NCBI GenBank assembly: GCA_051294375.1
Contig: CM119266.1
Coordinates: 21,279,987-21,343,986 of the forward strand
Direction: 5' to 3'
From: Paraspadella gotoi
Taxonomy: Eukaryota > Animalia > Chaetognatha
Length of the DNA: 64,000 nucleotides
Below, piece by piece: positions 29,084-41,543 of this stretch. The notes under the pieces were generated by a model, which saw only the letters and a program-made list of their open reading frames with translations, was not told where the DNA came from and made no database searches. Every line of letters starts with the position of its first letter. The first letter of the stretch is position 1. Made by a program: the position numbers and the translations under genes.

Positions 29084-31584
29084 CTCTTTATAGACGAATT
29101 CAATTTAAAAATATTTCATGATTACATTAGATTATTATACGAATTATACTAATATTTCATGATTACATTAGATTATTATACTAATGTTTTGAAAAATTAT
29201 AAAAAGTTAACTAAATTTAATATAAATAATATTTTTACATACTATATTTGACATATTTTGTCCAATAATATATTTTTAATATAATTTGTTTCCAAGAAGG
29301 ACCATACAAAATTCAATTTGAAAATAAGGCAATAATTATTGCCGTCTCTTGCGGTAAAATGACTCGATCCAGTCGTGACTTTCCTTTTTACGAGATCAAG
29401 TTTGATGAAGAAAATTACTTCAAAATAAATTTTTAGCGCCGTATCTGCTTACAGGCATGTCCCGGCTCTATAAATTTTACTTTGTCGGACCATGGGTCCC
29501 TCCAAAATCTTATTCGTAAGCGACTTAGATCATGTCAAAACATCGAATTATGTGGATTGGTCCGTCCATCTATCCATGCCTCTTTCCAGTTTGTCTGTCC
29601 GTCAGTCTGTCTGTTCGTTCATTCGTCTTTCTGTGTGTCTGTGTGATTGAGCGCGAAACACAAGTTTCCATGGAATGATCTGCGTGCCAAGTCAATGGTT
29701 TAAATAAAAAAAAAACTATTTTCAGTTTTGATTTTACTTTTTATATTAAATATAAAATATATCAATTATTGCAGCTTGCTTTTAATATTAATATAAAAAG
29801 TATAATCAATTTCTGACAGGTTTTTTTAATACATTATTAAATAAAATTAATAATTATTAAATCAATCAATAAATTAATTTATCAATCAATTAATTATTTA
29901 ATCTATCATTTAATCAATCAATCAATCAATCAATCAAATCAATCAGACACAGTTTTAAATTATAACAGAGCAGTATCAAAACCTTTTTAGGTCGTTACTC
30001 TTAATCTTAATGACTCTAGACAATTTTCGTGTTCATTAACGGCAATACACTCTATGAACGCACGTGACAGGCTTTTCCAATTTCTGGTTTAACAGGACGA
30101 ACTTCTTTTTTAGAAACAATTTTCTTCAAGGCTGAACTTATTTATTATGAGAAAAAATAACGTGATCAAAAACGTTAGTTTACCTCGGATCCCAAAATGA
30201 TTAATTGGAATATTTGTAGATGATTAAAAACGCCACGAGAGAAAGAGAGAGAGAGAGAGATATTGATATTGATATTGAAAATAGGAGTAGAGCTTTAGGT
30301 CAGTTTTCCAAACTACCTCAAAAAGCTACTTTATCAAAAATAGAATTTAACAGAGAGAGAGAGAGAGAGAGAATGACAGAGAAAGAATGACAGAGAAATT
30401 GAAATACTGAAAGCAAAAGTGAGGCTTGAGGCCAGTGTTTTACACTGCCTTTAAAACCTACCTTCGACGAGAATTTTTCTTGTCAAACTTCTTTTCTCAC
30501 TTCGTTTTTAACTAGTCCCGTGGTGGAGAGACTGGCGGATCGACCGACCGACCAATTCCAAACGAGTCACGTTTTTTTTCTAAATGGATCTTCATGATTT
30601 CATCTTTCTTCAAAAAATAAGTTAACCCCGCCTTTTTGCTTTTGTTCTTCGGTTGTGGCTCATTGAGTCATACCATCAGGTACCTACCCTGCGTGAAGCG
30701 TGAGGACGGCCGTAAACCACCTAGGGGACGTCGAAAACCCTCAAGCCTGGTTCCATGCCCAGGACCTGTCTATTGCTGCTAGAGAAGGCAACGACGATAC
30801 GAATAGTAATAAACATGATTTTTGTTTTTTCCATTTAACTCATTTTCACTCGCACGATTCCATCGAAACTTTATATCCTACGTGATCCTTCACATGATTA
30901 AACACTTTCCTACCCGCACACAATTTCCTCTCAATCCATCCTTTCAATAATGGAATAATTGAAGATTTAATTCTACAGGGAGACGGACGGACGGACGGAC
31001 GAATTTAAGTGGAACTGAACCCGACATGATTGTCGGGGGCGGAATCGACGGACAGACAACGCTGGATTATCGAGTCGAATCTACGACTAAGCCATAATCG
31101 AACAACACATTTCGCGAGTAATTACTATTTGCATATGATAACATAACATGTATAAAGATGGGTTTCTTTAGAATTTGAGTTTTGATTTCTGGGGAAAAAA
31201 AAATTAAAACATTATTTTAATTCATGCTTCGAAACAGAGCGCATGCGCGAAACATCGAATAAATTCAACGTTTTTCTTTCTTTTACTCGCGAGTTTTTTT
31301 TTTTTTTTTTTTTTGTTTTTTTTTTTTTTTTTTCTTCTTGAATTCGAAGATTGAAATCCTCAGTCGCGAATCCTCTTCCTCCCACGAGTCTTGACCATTC
31401 TGCTTTAACCTCGTTCCTGATCGCGCGCGCCCGTTCGCTTATCTCTCCACTCTTGCCCGCTCGCGTTCGCCTCCCGTTTTATCTCTATACTGCTCGCTCG
31501 AGTCATGTTCGTTCTAGCCGCGCTCTGCTCTCACCAGCTCGATCTCATCCGTTCATTTTTGCCCGCTCGCTCTCGCCCGTACTC

Positions 31585-31720
31585 GTCGTTTTTCTCTCAC
31601 CCCTTGAATTTTCTATACTTGCTGCCCGCTTCGACATCGTCCTCGCTGTCCCTCGCTCCATTTTTCGTCTCTCGCTGCCCGATTCGCATCGTCCTCGCCG
31701 CCCGACACGGCCTTGGACCG
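31585..31720 (-). other. 24-bp-period acidic coding-like repeat (clearer in the second copy at about 46585-46723)
   Basis: The second copy translates MAVSGGEDDAESGSEDENGADSEDDVEAGSKYENS, with repeated G/DSED units, inside a GC-rich island. Confidence 0.35.
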
Positions 31721-32058
31721 CGCACCTCTCTCAAAGCAACATCTCACGTACCCTTTCTTCTTTTTTCTTATTTCCCATTCTTCGCGGTATCGGTCCGCGG
31801 TTTAGAGTTTTATTCTCCGCCCTTCCCGGCCGCCGTCGGGTCCGCCGCCCCGCCGCCCGCCGCGCCGCGCGTCTCGAGGCCCCGCGCAGTGGCCGCAGAC
31901 CGACTGGCCGGTAGGTCGAAAGCAGTCTCAAAACCCAATTTGCGATAAACTAGTATAGGTAAATGACGAACATTACTGTAAAGGTCAAGCATAATGGCAC
32001 AGTAAAAACGAGGCCCTTTCTTCTCTGGCGGAGGGGGCCGAGATAGATGGAGGGAGGG

Positions 32059-32093
<35 letters not shown>

Positions 32094-32419
32094 GAGAGAG
32101 GAGAGAGAGAGGAGAAGAGAGAGAGAGAGAGAGAGGGGAGGGGGGTGGGGGAAAGTGAGGTGGTCGCCGGTTTAAGGATTTCGGAACGTCGTTGGATATC
32201 GTTGAGGTCGCGTTGGGGGGGTAAGAGGAGGGGAGGTGGAAGGGGAGGCGTAAAAGGTTCGGTGGTTGCATTAGGAATGCGAACTCAGGTTGTTCTGTTT
32301 GGAAGATAATCTTGACAAGAGTGGTGGGAATGAATTAAACATCAGACGCATATGAAAGTGAATCAGGTCAGTTAATTTTTTTTGTTTTGGTAAGATGGAA
32401 AGATCTGGGAAGGTGGTCA

Positions 32420-32592
32420 CTGGTTAACCGACATGGGGAGACCATTTAGGCCTTTTTTTTTCCAAAACGCCCCATTTAATTTTAAATTTGAATAGCTTCA
32501 TTTGTTGAAGTTAAAAATTAGGTTGAGGTTGGTGTTAGGGATTAGGGCTATGAATAAGGTGTTGGATTAGGTTAATTATTTAGGGTTAGGAG
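32420..32592. repeat. Dispersed repeat with degenerate TTAGG/TTAGGG tract (longer at 47420-47640; inverted relative at 28872-28962)
   Basis: A shared GGCCTT..TTTTCCAA..A(C/T)GCCCCATT motif is followed by TTAGG(G) variants. Confidence 0.6.
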
Positions 32593-34573
32593 TTGGTGGT
32601 AGATGGAATTAAAAAGGAGAAGTAAAGGATAAGAAAAGGATGAATTTCAAGAATGATATATAAGCAGTATATTATACATAAAAGAAACAAGTGGGAAAGT
32701 GGATACTAGATAGTGACAACTGGAGTGTGTGAAGGAAAAGGAAGGAGAAAAGAAGAAGAAGAAAGAAGAGAAGAAAAGAAAAGAAACGAAAAAAAAAAAA
32801 GAGGTTTATAATTCGCCATGCGTTCTCCTCAGTTTCGCGCCACTGCCGAGAGAGAAAGAGAGAGAAGAAAAAAGAAGCTTTACCAAGGTTATCGAACTTA
32901 CACTGTGTTCGGACATAAAGAAGCCAATTTTGAACATTAGAAAAACAAGGACCTGCTCTCCGTATTGCAAATCTCTCTCTCTCTTCCTCTCTCTTCTCTC
33001 AGTCATTCTCTCGTCTCTCTCTTTCTCTCTCTCTCTTCCGGGGAATTTGAGGATATTATCTCGGCTAATGGAAGAAACGATGCAGGTCGGCACACCGGCA
33101 TCGTTGCCCGTTAGCTCGTGCTCTTTGCAGGCGGACTGCGTATCGTAGAACTGCGAGGATAATCTGACAACATATGACGTTATGGTTTATAAACATTATA
33201 CAATTAAGGTACACAATTACGATAATTTAATGTTTTTAAATGCAGATAAGTTGATTCTGATAAATTAATATCATAGTTCAGAATCAATTTCAAATAAAAA
33301 GCAGGCAGTTCGCGTTTAAAATCATCCATTGCTCTTTTTGTTAATGTTCAATCCGCTGCAAAATTACTGCAGATTGCGCTCGCCACGTAATCCATACTTT
33401 ACCGTACCTTGTCGGAATTTTAAAACGGGGCATCGTCGAGGAAGTAGCAAGCCTCGTCGAAGGGTAAGTAAAACCGATATTCGGAGTTCGTACGCTCGTG
33501 TTGAACCCGCGGGTAAGGACGCTTCTCACCTCTTACCCCTTGGCTCGGCTCTCGGTCTCCGTTTCTAAATATTGTTCGAGGCGGAAGAGAAGAAAAATGC
33601 GGGTTTATTGTCTGGGAGAATAATCGCGTCAATCTCGCCGGTGTTTTCTTTCGGAGTAGCCAAAGCGGGAGAATTGGGGATTGGGAAATGGGGGAATTGG
33701 GGATTTGGGGAAATCTTTTGGTGAGAAAAAAGGAAATAAAGGAAATTGGGGATTTGAATGCGGGTGCATTTAGGGAATCGGGACAGGAGTTGGATGTATG
33801 TATGCTAAGTATCATTACATGTATATTATTAAGGTTTTATACTATGTTCCTTCTAACAGCAGGTATCGTAATCTCTCCTCTCTTTATAATAAAACGCCAT
33901 CTTCTTGTTCCATATACGCGACACTTGGCGCCGTCGTAAAGTACTAACGCCGGCTTTTAATTTCCTTGATGCCTGGAGCGCGTCAAAATGGTGAGGCTGC
34001 ATTCGTTGGCGTCTCTTGGCGCGAGTTTGGCGTCGCCGGAAATATCGTCACCGGCGCGTGGCTTCCCGTATCGTTTCATCAAAAATTGCTTTGAAAATTA
34101 ATCGAGTTAATTTTTTTTTTTTAAATTTAAGTTTAAACTCTGGTTATTTTAGGAACGTTTTTGGTATTTTCAACATGCTTTATTTTTCCTTTCGCTTGAT
34201 GGCTTCACTTTCTCCCCGATCTCTCTCCAACTTCTGACCCGCTTAGTACATCTTCCATGTTTCTTTTTCACGCGTAAATGAACGCACTTTTCCTCTCACC
34301 CGCCTCCTCTCCTCTTGACGCCACTTTATCCCTCTTTAGACCCGCTCTTTAGAACTTCCGCTTTCCCCCACACTTGTACCCCACACTGTACCCATCGCTT
34401 CTTCCACCCTTCCCCATCCGCTTTCGGAGGCCTCGTCTGTTGTCTCCATCCATTAAGCCTTCGTCGGTGGCTTCAACTTCTGTCTTCTTCACTTCACTCA
34501 TGCCATCTATCATATAAGAAACGGAAAGAGTGAGAGGGAAAAAAAAGAGCAGAGGAGAGAGGAGGAGAGAGAG

Positions 34574-34626
<53 letters not shown>

Positions 34627-34694
34627 GAGAGAGAGCAGAGAGGGAGAGAGAGGCAGAGAGAGAGGAGAGAGAGAGAGAGAGGAGAGAGAGAGCA

Positions 34695-34727
<33 letters not shown>

Positions 34728-34859
34728 GAGAGAGGAGAGAGATCCTCTTTCAGTAAAATGTCTAAGTTGGAACAAAGAGGTCCGGAGGGCCTCAAAGTTT
34801 GTTTCTAAAAAAGTAATAAACTTTACATCATTCGAAATTCTCTCTTCACTCTCTCTCTC

Positions 34860-34900
<41 letters not shown>

Positions 34901-36009
34901 CTCTTCTCCTCTCTCTCTCTCCTCCCATCCTCCTCTCCCTCTCCTCTACACTCTCCCGGCGAACGAGTCTGGTTGTCCTTTCCTTGGGTCTGGTGATCAG
35001 TAGGCGATTTCAGCTTCTGTACGCATCAACGTCTGCTTCGAAAGTGTTGTCCTATCAATGAGTTCTTTTGGTCAGCCGCCTGCTTTTACCACGCTCTATC
35101 GTGTTGAAGTTTCGATCAGGTGGCGTTGTGGGACTGCTTGGTTGTTTGTTGCGTTCAACGTGGATATTATGAAGTCCTGGGGGAGAGTGTCGATGTGCCG
35201 GTGTGTCCCCTTGAAGGTTTTTGGCCTTCCCCCTGCGTTCTGGTTGTTTTGAGTGATCGACCTTGATGGTTTGCATCTGGTCCTAGGTTGAACAGGTCGC
35301 AGGGGTGTAGTTAGGTTCCTTGTCTCAAACCAGGCTTGACTTGCCCGGGATGGTTCTGAATATTTTCAGCGACCTTTATTTGTTTGGTGACATATACTCC
35401 TTTCGTACTTTGCCAGCCCGTTTCTTTGGTTGAATCCCTCGTCCTCATGATTAGGGTAATTCGATCATTTCACTGAGCATGTCGAGTTCGGGATGACTCA
35501 ACGAACCAATCTATGGCGGATATCGTTTTTTTTTCTGATGAAAGTATCGGGTCTCTTTGTTTTGCGGTTTTGCATATAGCCTTCTCTATATTGGCTTTCC
35601 TCTGTGAGAATCTTTGGTCTTACGAAATTCAAAGAATCTTGCTCTGAAAAGCTTGCATCCTCATTTAATTGTTTTTTTTGGCAACTAACGTGCCACGTGG
35701 GGGCGTGTCCGTGATAAGATCCAGATCGCTTCTGGGCTTTTGTTTGATGCGTAGACGGATTTTCGGCAAAACCTGTTCGTAATTTCGCCACTTCGTCGAA
35801 CCCTGCTGGATAGAAGGGTGTGTCGAGGGGCGTCACTTGACCTTGGTCAGTGAGCGGGTCAAGGAGTCGCAGGGTTGTCTTCACTTTTAACCTAAGGATG
35901 ACTTCCTGGGTTGGCATTCTGTCTGATTTCCGTTATCCACCTGGTAGCATTGGTGGGTTAGGCAACTGTTTGTCTGTCAATGTTTGATCCATCACCCTTC
36001 TTGAAAGTA

Positions 36010-37330
36010 CTGTGAACGGTGACGAGGGTGACGTTTCGTCCGGCAAGGTGTATCCTCTGAATTTTCGACACATCATGTTAAAGGCGAGTGTTTCTAGAAT
36101 GTTGATTAATGCTTTATCCTATACTACTCGTCCGGAGAAATGATTTTCGAATGAAAAGACAACGGGTAACTCGACGCCGTCCGCAGTGGGGTTTTAATGC
36201 CGCTCGGCATTGCGCTTGGTGCTTGGGCGATTGGCATATATTTCTGTATGAGCCTGTGTTTAATTCTTGCATTCATTGAGGAGTTTTTAAACCAGGTGGA
36301 TGATCTGATTTTCCTGACGAGCAAGGCTGCAGCATTTACATGTGTTTTGCTCGTCAGTTTTGAAATCTTTTTTTGTCGATCAGGGTGAGGGCGTGGAGAG
36401 GTTGGGCGATGTAGGAGAAACGATGTGTTGAAGCATTGTAGTAATTTAGTGATGCTAGCATCGCCTGAGTTCTTTGCGTTTTTAGCGACTGCCTCTCAGT
36501 TTGATCTCCCTGACGGCGTCAAGTTTTTCTCTTTGGCGGCATGAGTTTGCTTTTTGGACGAGTACTGAAGGCTAGGATTTTTATGTCCTCTTTCGCAGTA
36601 GCAGTACACTTTTTGTCATTTGAGGACGCACGTTTCCCTCTCTGCTCTCTGAGGAGGTCGCGTAATTCTTCTCGGCATGTCCTCTGGAGAACTTAGCTGT
36701 GAGTGATTAGATCGTCCGACATAGACGAGTACAAACTCTTTCACACATACTGTGGATAAGTCTTTGAAGATTTTCGTCAGCTAGCAATGGCTTGGAGCAC
36801 GTTGACGGGCTGTTTGACGACCTCCCATGCGCAGTTTTATTCATCCAGCCAGTTGTGTCCGGCTCACGGCGAAGGTTGTGACGGTTTGGCAGCGGGTCTG
36901 GAGAGATTAACTTGGTGAAGCATGCTAAGATGTCGACCGAGCATTGGAGCCTCGTGTGGCTTGTAATTGCTCTACCCGATATCGATGCTATCGTTTGAGG
37001 CTCAGTTGCATAAGTAGAAATGTTGTTGTTGACAGCCGAGAGGTCACAGATTAGTCGGCCATTGTTTTGCAAGGTTTCATCATTCATTGCCTGATCCTGG
37101 CCTTCAGCGATCTGTGTCGCAGGTTTTTTAATGACGGAAGGCGTTCGAATAGGCTCTCGTTCCTTGTTCCTGGAAGAAAAGATGCCCAGCACTTCTCATA
37201 AACCTGCCCCAGATAATCGCATTGAGGGCGGCCTTTCTTCTGACCGGGTCCTGATTGGCGAAATTTTTGGTTTTCTTGGGCAGAGTCGTCGTTGGTGTTT
37301 CTGTAACCCAGTTCTACCCTTGTAGCTTTG
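36010..37330 (-). pseudogene. pol: pol RT-RNase H region of the Gypsy element (broken frames)
   Basis: YVDD and the flanking RT and RNase H motifs are recoverable with single-base frameshifts. Confidence 0.85.
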
Positions 37331-40300
37331 AGAAATTGCCGCTCCTTGCCAGTCATTTATCGTGGATTTCGCCGAATTACATCTCGATATTTTCTCCGAA
37401 ACACCAATGAACGAATATCCCAGACTAGTTATGGCCTTTTCTCTATAGGCTTGGGTCGACGTCTTGTAGAAAACTGTAGGTTTTAGAAAAGCTTCTTTTT
37501 TGCCTCGCTGCGTGCATAGGCTTCTGTTTTCTCTTTTGGCGGGGGCATACCTCGAATTAGCTTTAAGTTCTTCAGCAACTTGGCCTTGGTGATGTATTAT
37601 GGTCGTGGCTGGGATGTGATCCTTTTCGGACCTTCCTTAGAATGCCGGTTCCATATACGCCCAGACAGGTCAGCTTGTATCGTTGAGGTATTCGGTATAT
37701 GCGTGCTATAGGCATTCTGGTCTCTAAAGGTGTAGTTCCATCTTTGCCTGCGTTAGTGGATCATGGGGCGTGCTGTTCCCACAGTGGTCCGGGTTTGGCA
37801 TCAAGTTCGATTCCCTCCTTTTCAGCTGATACCGTCTGCGATGTACATTTTGTCAATGGTTTTTTTGCTTCGATGATCCAACCTCGTTCCGGTAAAGTTT
37901 TCCAAAACGCCTTGCTGGAGGTTTACCTTCATGGGGGGGGGGGGGGGGGGGGGGGGGGCGGGAGCGGAGGGCGGGCGGCGGCGGGGGGGGGGCACTGGGG
38001 GGGTGGTTCTGGCCATTTCTCGTCCTTTCGGCATGTATGGGTAAAGGTGGTTTGTTCATCGATGTTTCCCTGTTCCGTCGTGCGTCGTCGTCGTTTTCGT
38101 CGTTCGCGCGAGCCATCTTCGCCGCCTTTTTTAAGCCTCCGTCAGAATAGTACGTTCTCGTTAGTACTCTCGATTCCTAAGGTGTTGGTAATGGTCTGTT
38201 TGTCCATTGGACGGTCGAATTCGTCGCTCAGGTCTTTTCCTTTGTGATGCATGGTGTTTGCACTACCAACACAGAAGCTGATTTGGATGAGGGCCTGGGT
38301 TGGTGACTGCAAGGTTCCGGATGATTACTGTCTTGGATCGTTTTCGTACGGCTGAGCACTAAAATAACTGTTTTCAGAACACCGTTTTGGAACAATTAAT
38401 CCTGAGGTATTATCCATTTCCCGTCAAAAAGTGATACGGTCCGGTGGCCCGTTTTGATAAGCGCAGAGGGCTCCGTGGTTAGACCATGCCTTGTCAGTCC
38501 CCATTCTTCAAAATCGACTTTTCTTGGTACCTCACTATCAGTGTGGTGGATGCGAGGCGCCCGTATCGTATAGTCAGGCTGGCGGGATGCTACAGCGATT
38601 AACTGGCTCGGAGAATGTAGCTGTTCTACCTGTTGGAACAGGCCAAGGTCTGATAGTCATCCACACTAGGAGTCTTAAGGATCCAGAGTCCCAATTCTGC
38701 ACCGTGTTGGTTATTCTTTTCCGGGCAGTGCCGGAGCATGTCCATATTCACATCTCGGTGAGTTTCCTGGCATTTCGCTTTTTTACCAAGAGAGGGAACA
38801 ATCTCCGGGGTTGGTGAACATTCAATTTCTATTGCCGTCGTGATCGTTGCTGGTGAGAGATTCCCATGCAGCCTGTTTGTGTCGCCGGCTATTAATGCTA
38901 TTGGTAGGAATTGTTTTTGGCTACCGGCTGTCGTAATTTCCTTAGGCCAATCCTCTCACTACTGTTTGTGCCGGGTTCGGCTGTTCTTTTGTTTTGCTGG
39001 GGCGGTGTGGGTAGTGCGATGGGAGAGTAATTCGAGAGAACTGACTGACTGGTCGAGTTGGTCGATCGTCATTTTGACTCTGATGTGACTTCGAGCCACG
39101 ATGGAGGTGCAGAGTGTCGAAGATTTGGTACAAGTTTGGCTGACTCGTGTGTTCGGTCGATTGACGGATCGGACTTCGTTTGGTTTGAATTGGTTGGTTG
39201 ATTTAAAACTGATTGGTGAACATGCGTCATATAGCTTTTGGCTCTCCTCATTAAATTGGCACAAGCTTTCGATCTCGAAATGAATGGCTTTTTTTTTGCT
39301 CTGATGTGTTCTTGTGAAGCGGTTCCAATTCTTGCCTCTCATTTCTTGTGTAGAAACTTGTTTGCGAGGGCTTAAGTTCTGTTGGCTTTGTCCAGTAGGT
39401 TTTTTATATTGTTTATCACCAAATTCGGTGCGCTGGTGATTTCCCTCTTAAGGCCTAATTTCGCACAAGTAGGTAATGTAGAACGGCTTTTAACTGGTTT
39501 TACCCTGTAGGTGAGGCTTCGAATTTTCTAGTTTATTTATCGACATTTATTTATCTCCAGTTCTTTGTAAGGAAAATCTTTTTAGCGTTGTTGTTGTTAC
39601 ATTTATTTATTTTTGATATCTCGTTTTCGGACTTTTGCTGAGCTTGAGATTTATCGACAGGGTTTGTATATTAGAATTCGTTTATGTTATACAATTATCT
39701 AAAAGCATGGGTTGAGCTCTATCCATATTTCTCTTCCTTTTCGCCCACGAAACTTTTTGTTTTCTGTTCGCACACCCTTTCTAATCGTCACATAACCTAA
39801 CTTGGCTTTTGTCATTTTTTCCAATTACGCGGTTTTTGAACGATTTTCCTCTCCTGTAATCGCCTGTGGGACTCGCAGTCGATTCTTGTGATCGAAAAGC
39901 GATCCTCATCCACTTGGCGATCCTTCTCGGGCGATACGATTGGGCGTCCGCTTCGTCCAGCCCTCCTTCTTGGCGATCCTTTCATTATCTTATCGGCTCA
40001 TGTTATTCTAGCCTCCTCTTAGTAACATGTTGAGTCGTTGTTATATGTAGTATGGCCAAGGCGCATAGCCTTCGGGTTCCTATCGTTCAGTCTGTCCCTT
40101 TTTGCTCGCAAGGGCGTTTGTACTAACTTATTCTCTGTCGTCCTCGGAGACAGTTTTTACAGATCTTCTCCATGACGGATGGCCTGGACGTGTTAGTATT
40201 TTTCTTGAGGTACCCCTCTAATTTATCATTCTATCGCCTTTCCAAGGCCGACGGGTTTCACCGTGTTTCGACGCAGTGAATGTCGTGCCTATCAGAATTT

Positions 40301-41521
40301 ACTGACGTCGATGTCACCGGACACGATAAGGCTTTCGTAAGGGCTTCTACGAGCATTTGGGCGACGTAAGTCAGGGATGGAAGCCTGATCCTTTTTCCCT
40401 GACGGTTTCAAAATTTTTCGCTTTGCAGCGTATAATGAGAGCTAGCCCGTAAATTTGGGCGTGAAATAAGCCCGATCTAACCATCGATCTTCGCTATCAG
40501 GTCGAGGGCTTCGGCGATGCTTTATGGTGGAGCCCTCGCACGAACGCCTACAAGGCCTGAAGCCAACATAGTTTTGATTTATGGGCTCGCATCGTACCGG
40601 CTGGCGATCGCTTGTACCGCCCTAGCGAGGCGGGCCAGCGCTAACTGTGTTGGTCTCAAACCTATGTGCTGTTGTGTCGGAGGGAGTTCCTTGAAGGCCA
40701 TCGTTATAAAAGCTTCTCGAGAGAAAGTCGGCTGGGGATCGGAGTCGGTGTCTTAATCTTTTCCAGTTCGATGGGTTCTGTCTCTCGGGAACAGAGGGTG
40801 TACGAGGCTGGGTCGCCCTCTCTCCCGCTCTCCAGATGGTGTTCATCTCGAAGGATTTCTGATCAAGTTTTCCAACTCGATGGTTGTCGGAATCTAGAAG
40901 GAGTTACAACTGGGGTTGGTCCTGGACGAGTTGTTTGCTGAGGTTGTGATATTATTAGTATTCCCCGAAGGAAGCTGTGGTAGATGTCGTTGATGTCCGT
41001 TGGTTGTTGTTGTTGCTAAGAACGTTTCCCGGGTTGAGTCGCCGCGTTGGTTTGTTGTTGTTGCTACCTGGGTCAATCATCTCGCTTTCATCATTCCCAC
41101 GGAGAGTGCGTCATTTTGTTCCCAAGTTGCTATATACCATGTCATTTTACGCGGCCACTTTAGAGGACGGCGATTTCTTGTCTGTTGTGCAGATTGACGT
41201 CGTTGATCTATCTTGAGCACTTGGAGGGTAACCTCTGCTTGCTCGTTGCCCAATTGGCAGTGTTGCTGCATGAGTAACACTGAGTTCGAAGGTAATGTGA
41301 AACTCGAGGTCTTGTGCTTGTTATAGTGCTCTGCTAACCATGTTTTTGCTCCATGAGCGGTCGCTTCGTGGTCCGGTTCGTCCAGGCTTTTTTTTCCAAT
41401 CTGCCTTGGCGGGTTCGCGCGATTGGGTGGCGGGGTTTGCCGTCCAGCTTACACTAAGGTGGCGTGGTTCTTGATAGTGGCTGGTAAAGCTGGGTTCCTT
41501 CTTGCGTGGAGACGTGGTGAG

Positions 41522-41543
41522 TCGAATCCACTCCTGGTCACCA
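41522..41543 (-). promoter_or_regulatory. tRNA primer-binding site of the Gypsy element
   Basis: The plus strand reads TCGAATCCACTCCTGGTCACCA, a tRNA T-loop and acceptor 3' end including CCA. No tRNA 5' half lies upstream. It sits at the 5' end of the element in the expected orientation. Confidence 0.7.

Larger units (their letters stand above)
29355..34920. repeat. Block A, repeated in diverged form at 44396-50079
   Basis: Collinear over about 5.6 kb with many 1-bp indels and several block differences. Confidence 0.95.

Noticed and set aside
32518-32592. Telomere-like TTAGGG units
   Set aside because: Degenerate, short and embedded in a dispersed repeat; not a telomere.
35700-35840. TPFYPAG or HGH..H..C as integrase motifs
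   Set aside because: Too close to RNase H, and no HHCC or DDE spacing could be recovered.
41460-41543. tRNA-Leu gene
   Set aside because: Only the 3' 22 nt match and CCA is encoded, so it is interpreted as a PBS.
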